Positions 63,601 to 64,000 of a stretch of 64,000 nucleotides of DNA are shown piece by piece; within the stretch, counting starts at the first letter, position 1; the number at the start of each line of letters is the position of its first letter. Source of the stretch: Utricularia gibba. Taxonomy: Eukaryota; Plantae; Magnoliophyta. The position numbers and the translations under genes were made by a program. The stretch lies in the NCBI GenBank assembly GCA_002189035.1, contig CM007989.1, forward strand, positions 124,001 to 188,000, written 5' to 3'. A model generated the notes under the pieces. The model was not told the DNA's origin, made no database searches, and saw nothing but the letters and a program-made list of their open reading frames with translations.

Positions 63601-64000
63601 GAAATCTCCAAGCTCGTTTTCAGAGAAATGTCTTTAAGCTCATTAATCTGCTTTCTCATAAGAGCAGCCGCAGATCTTGCTGATCTTAAAGTTTGATGCA
63701 TGTTACAGTATTCTTCAAGCATTTTCTGTAGCCTTCTCACACATCCAGACCCCAGATGGATTTGGCCAGTTGTCGGAATGTCAATTGACTCTACACTTTC
63801 CAGCAACTCTATTTTTCTGTCTAAAATATTCAAAAAGAATGGAGCAACGCTATCTTTCACATACATGCAAATGTGCTCATAAAACTGGTTTCTTAGTTCT
63901 TCTTCTGCAACATCTGTGAGTTGATCACGATCAAGATTTTGATCAAAAGTTGGTGCCACATCTCGTGCACAGTATCCAAGTAGAACATAAACCAGGGAAA
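60647..64000 (-). CDS. SMG1: PIKK-family kinase SMG1, 3' part; the gene continues beyond the right edge
   Basis: FATC terminus EQVDVLLRQATDVDNLCNMYEGWTPWI*, GKNAFAISLLRRVEMKIDGRD, SVLEFEASRDG, GHSALTSDCGSMLEEVLAITE. Confidence 0.93.

Overview
Eukaryotic (flowering-plant, eudicot-like) nuclear DNA that is unusually gene-dense: about 25 protein-coding genes plus one tRNA-Gln(CTG) in 64 kb, with mostly 70-130 nt introns, intergenic gaps often of a few hundred bp and no recognisable intact transposon. This resembles miniaturised genomes such as Lentibulariaceae, which is inference only. Gene order: ERD2-like (partial), arginine decarboxylase, SH3P2, a small secreted Cys-rich peptide, plastid MATE (DTX46/EDS5-like), BFA3/CGLD11-like, an unknown 158-aa protein, SHL, SAE2, a RING protein, SFH (Sec14-nodulin), a DUF4408-like protein, RD2-type USP, tRNA-Gln, mTERF2, cytosolic PheRS alpha, a BTB protein, G-beta, CCS1, HDR/IspH, TIC62, class-1 haemoglobin, a DC1 protein, two conserved-looking small ORFs and the 3' part of SMG1. 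Caveat: at least ten conserved genes carry single-base deficits, mostly in short homopolymer runs, most likely long-read consensus errors. All gene models and family names were built by eye and from memory of homologues. Best leads: precise loss of the third conserved intron of the haemoglobin gene; a GRP3-type secreted peptide with no glycine tract; a probable 3'-UTR intron in SMG1 (possible NMD feedback); a two-state GC hairpin plus uORF in the ADC leader; five GC-AG introns, one possibly gained; and two unannotated segments with good splice signals.
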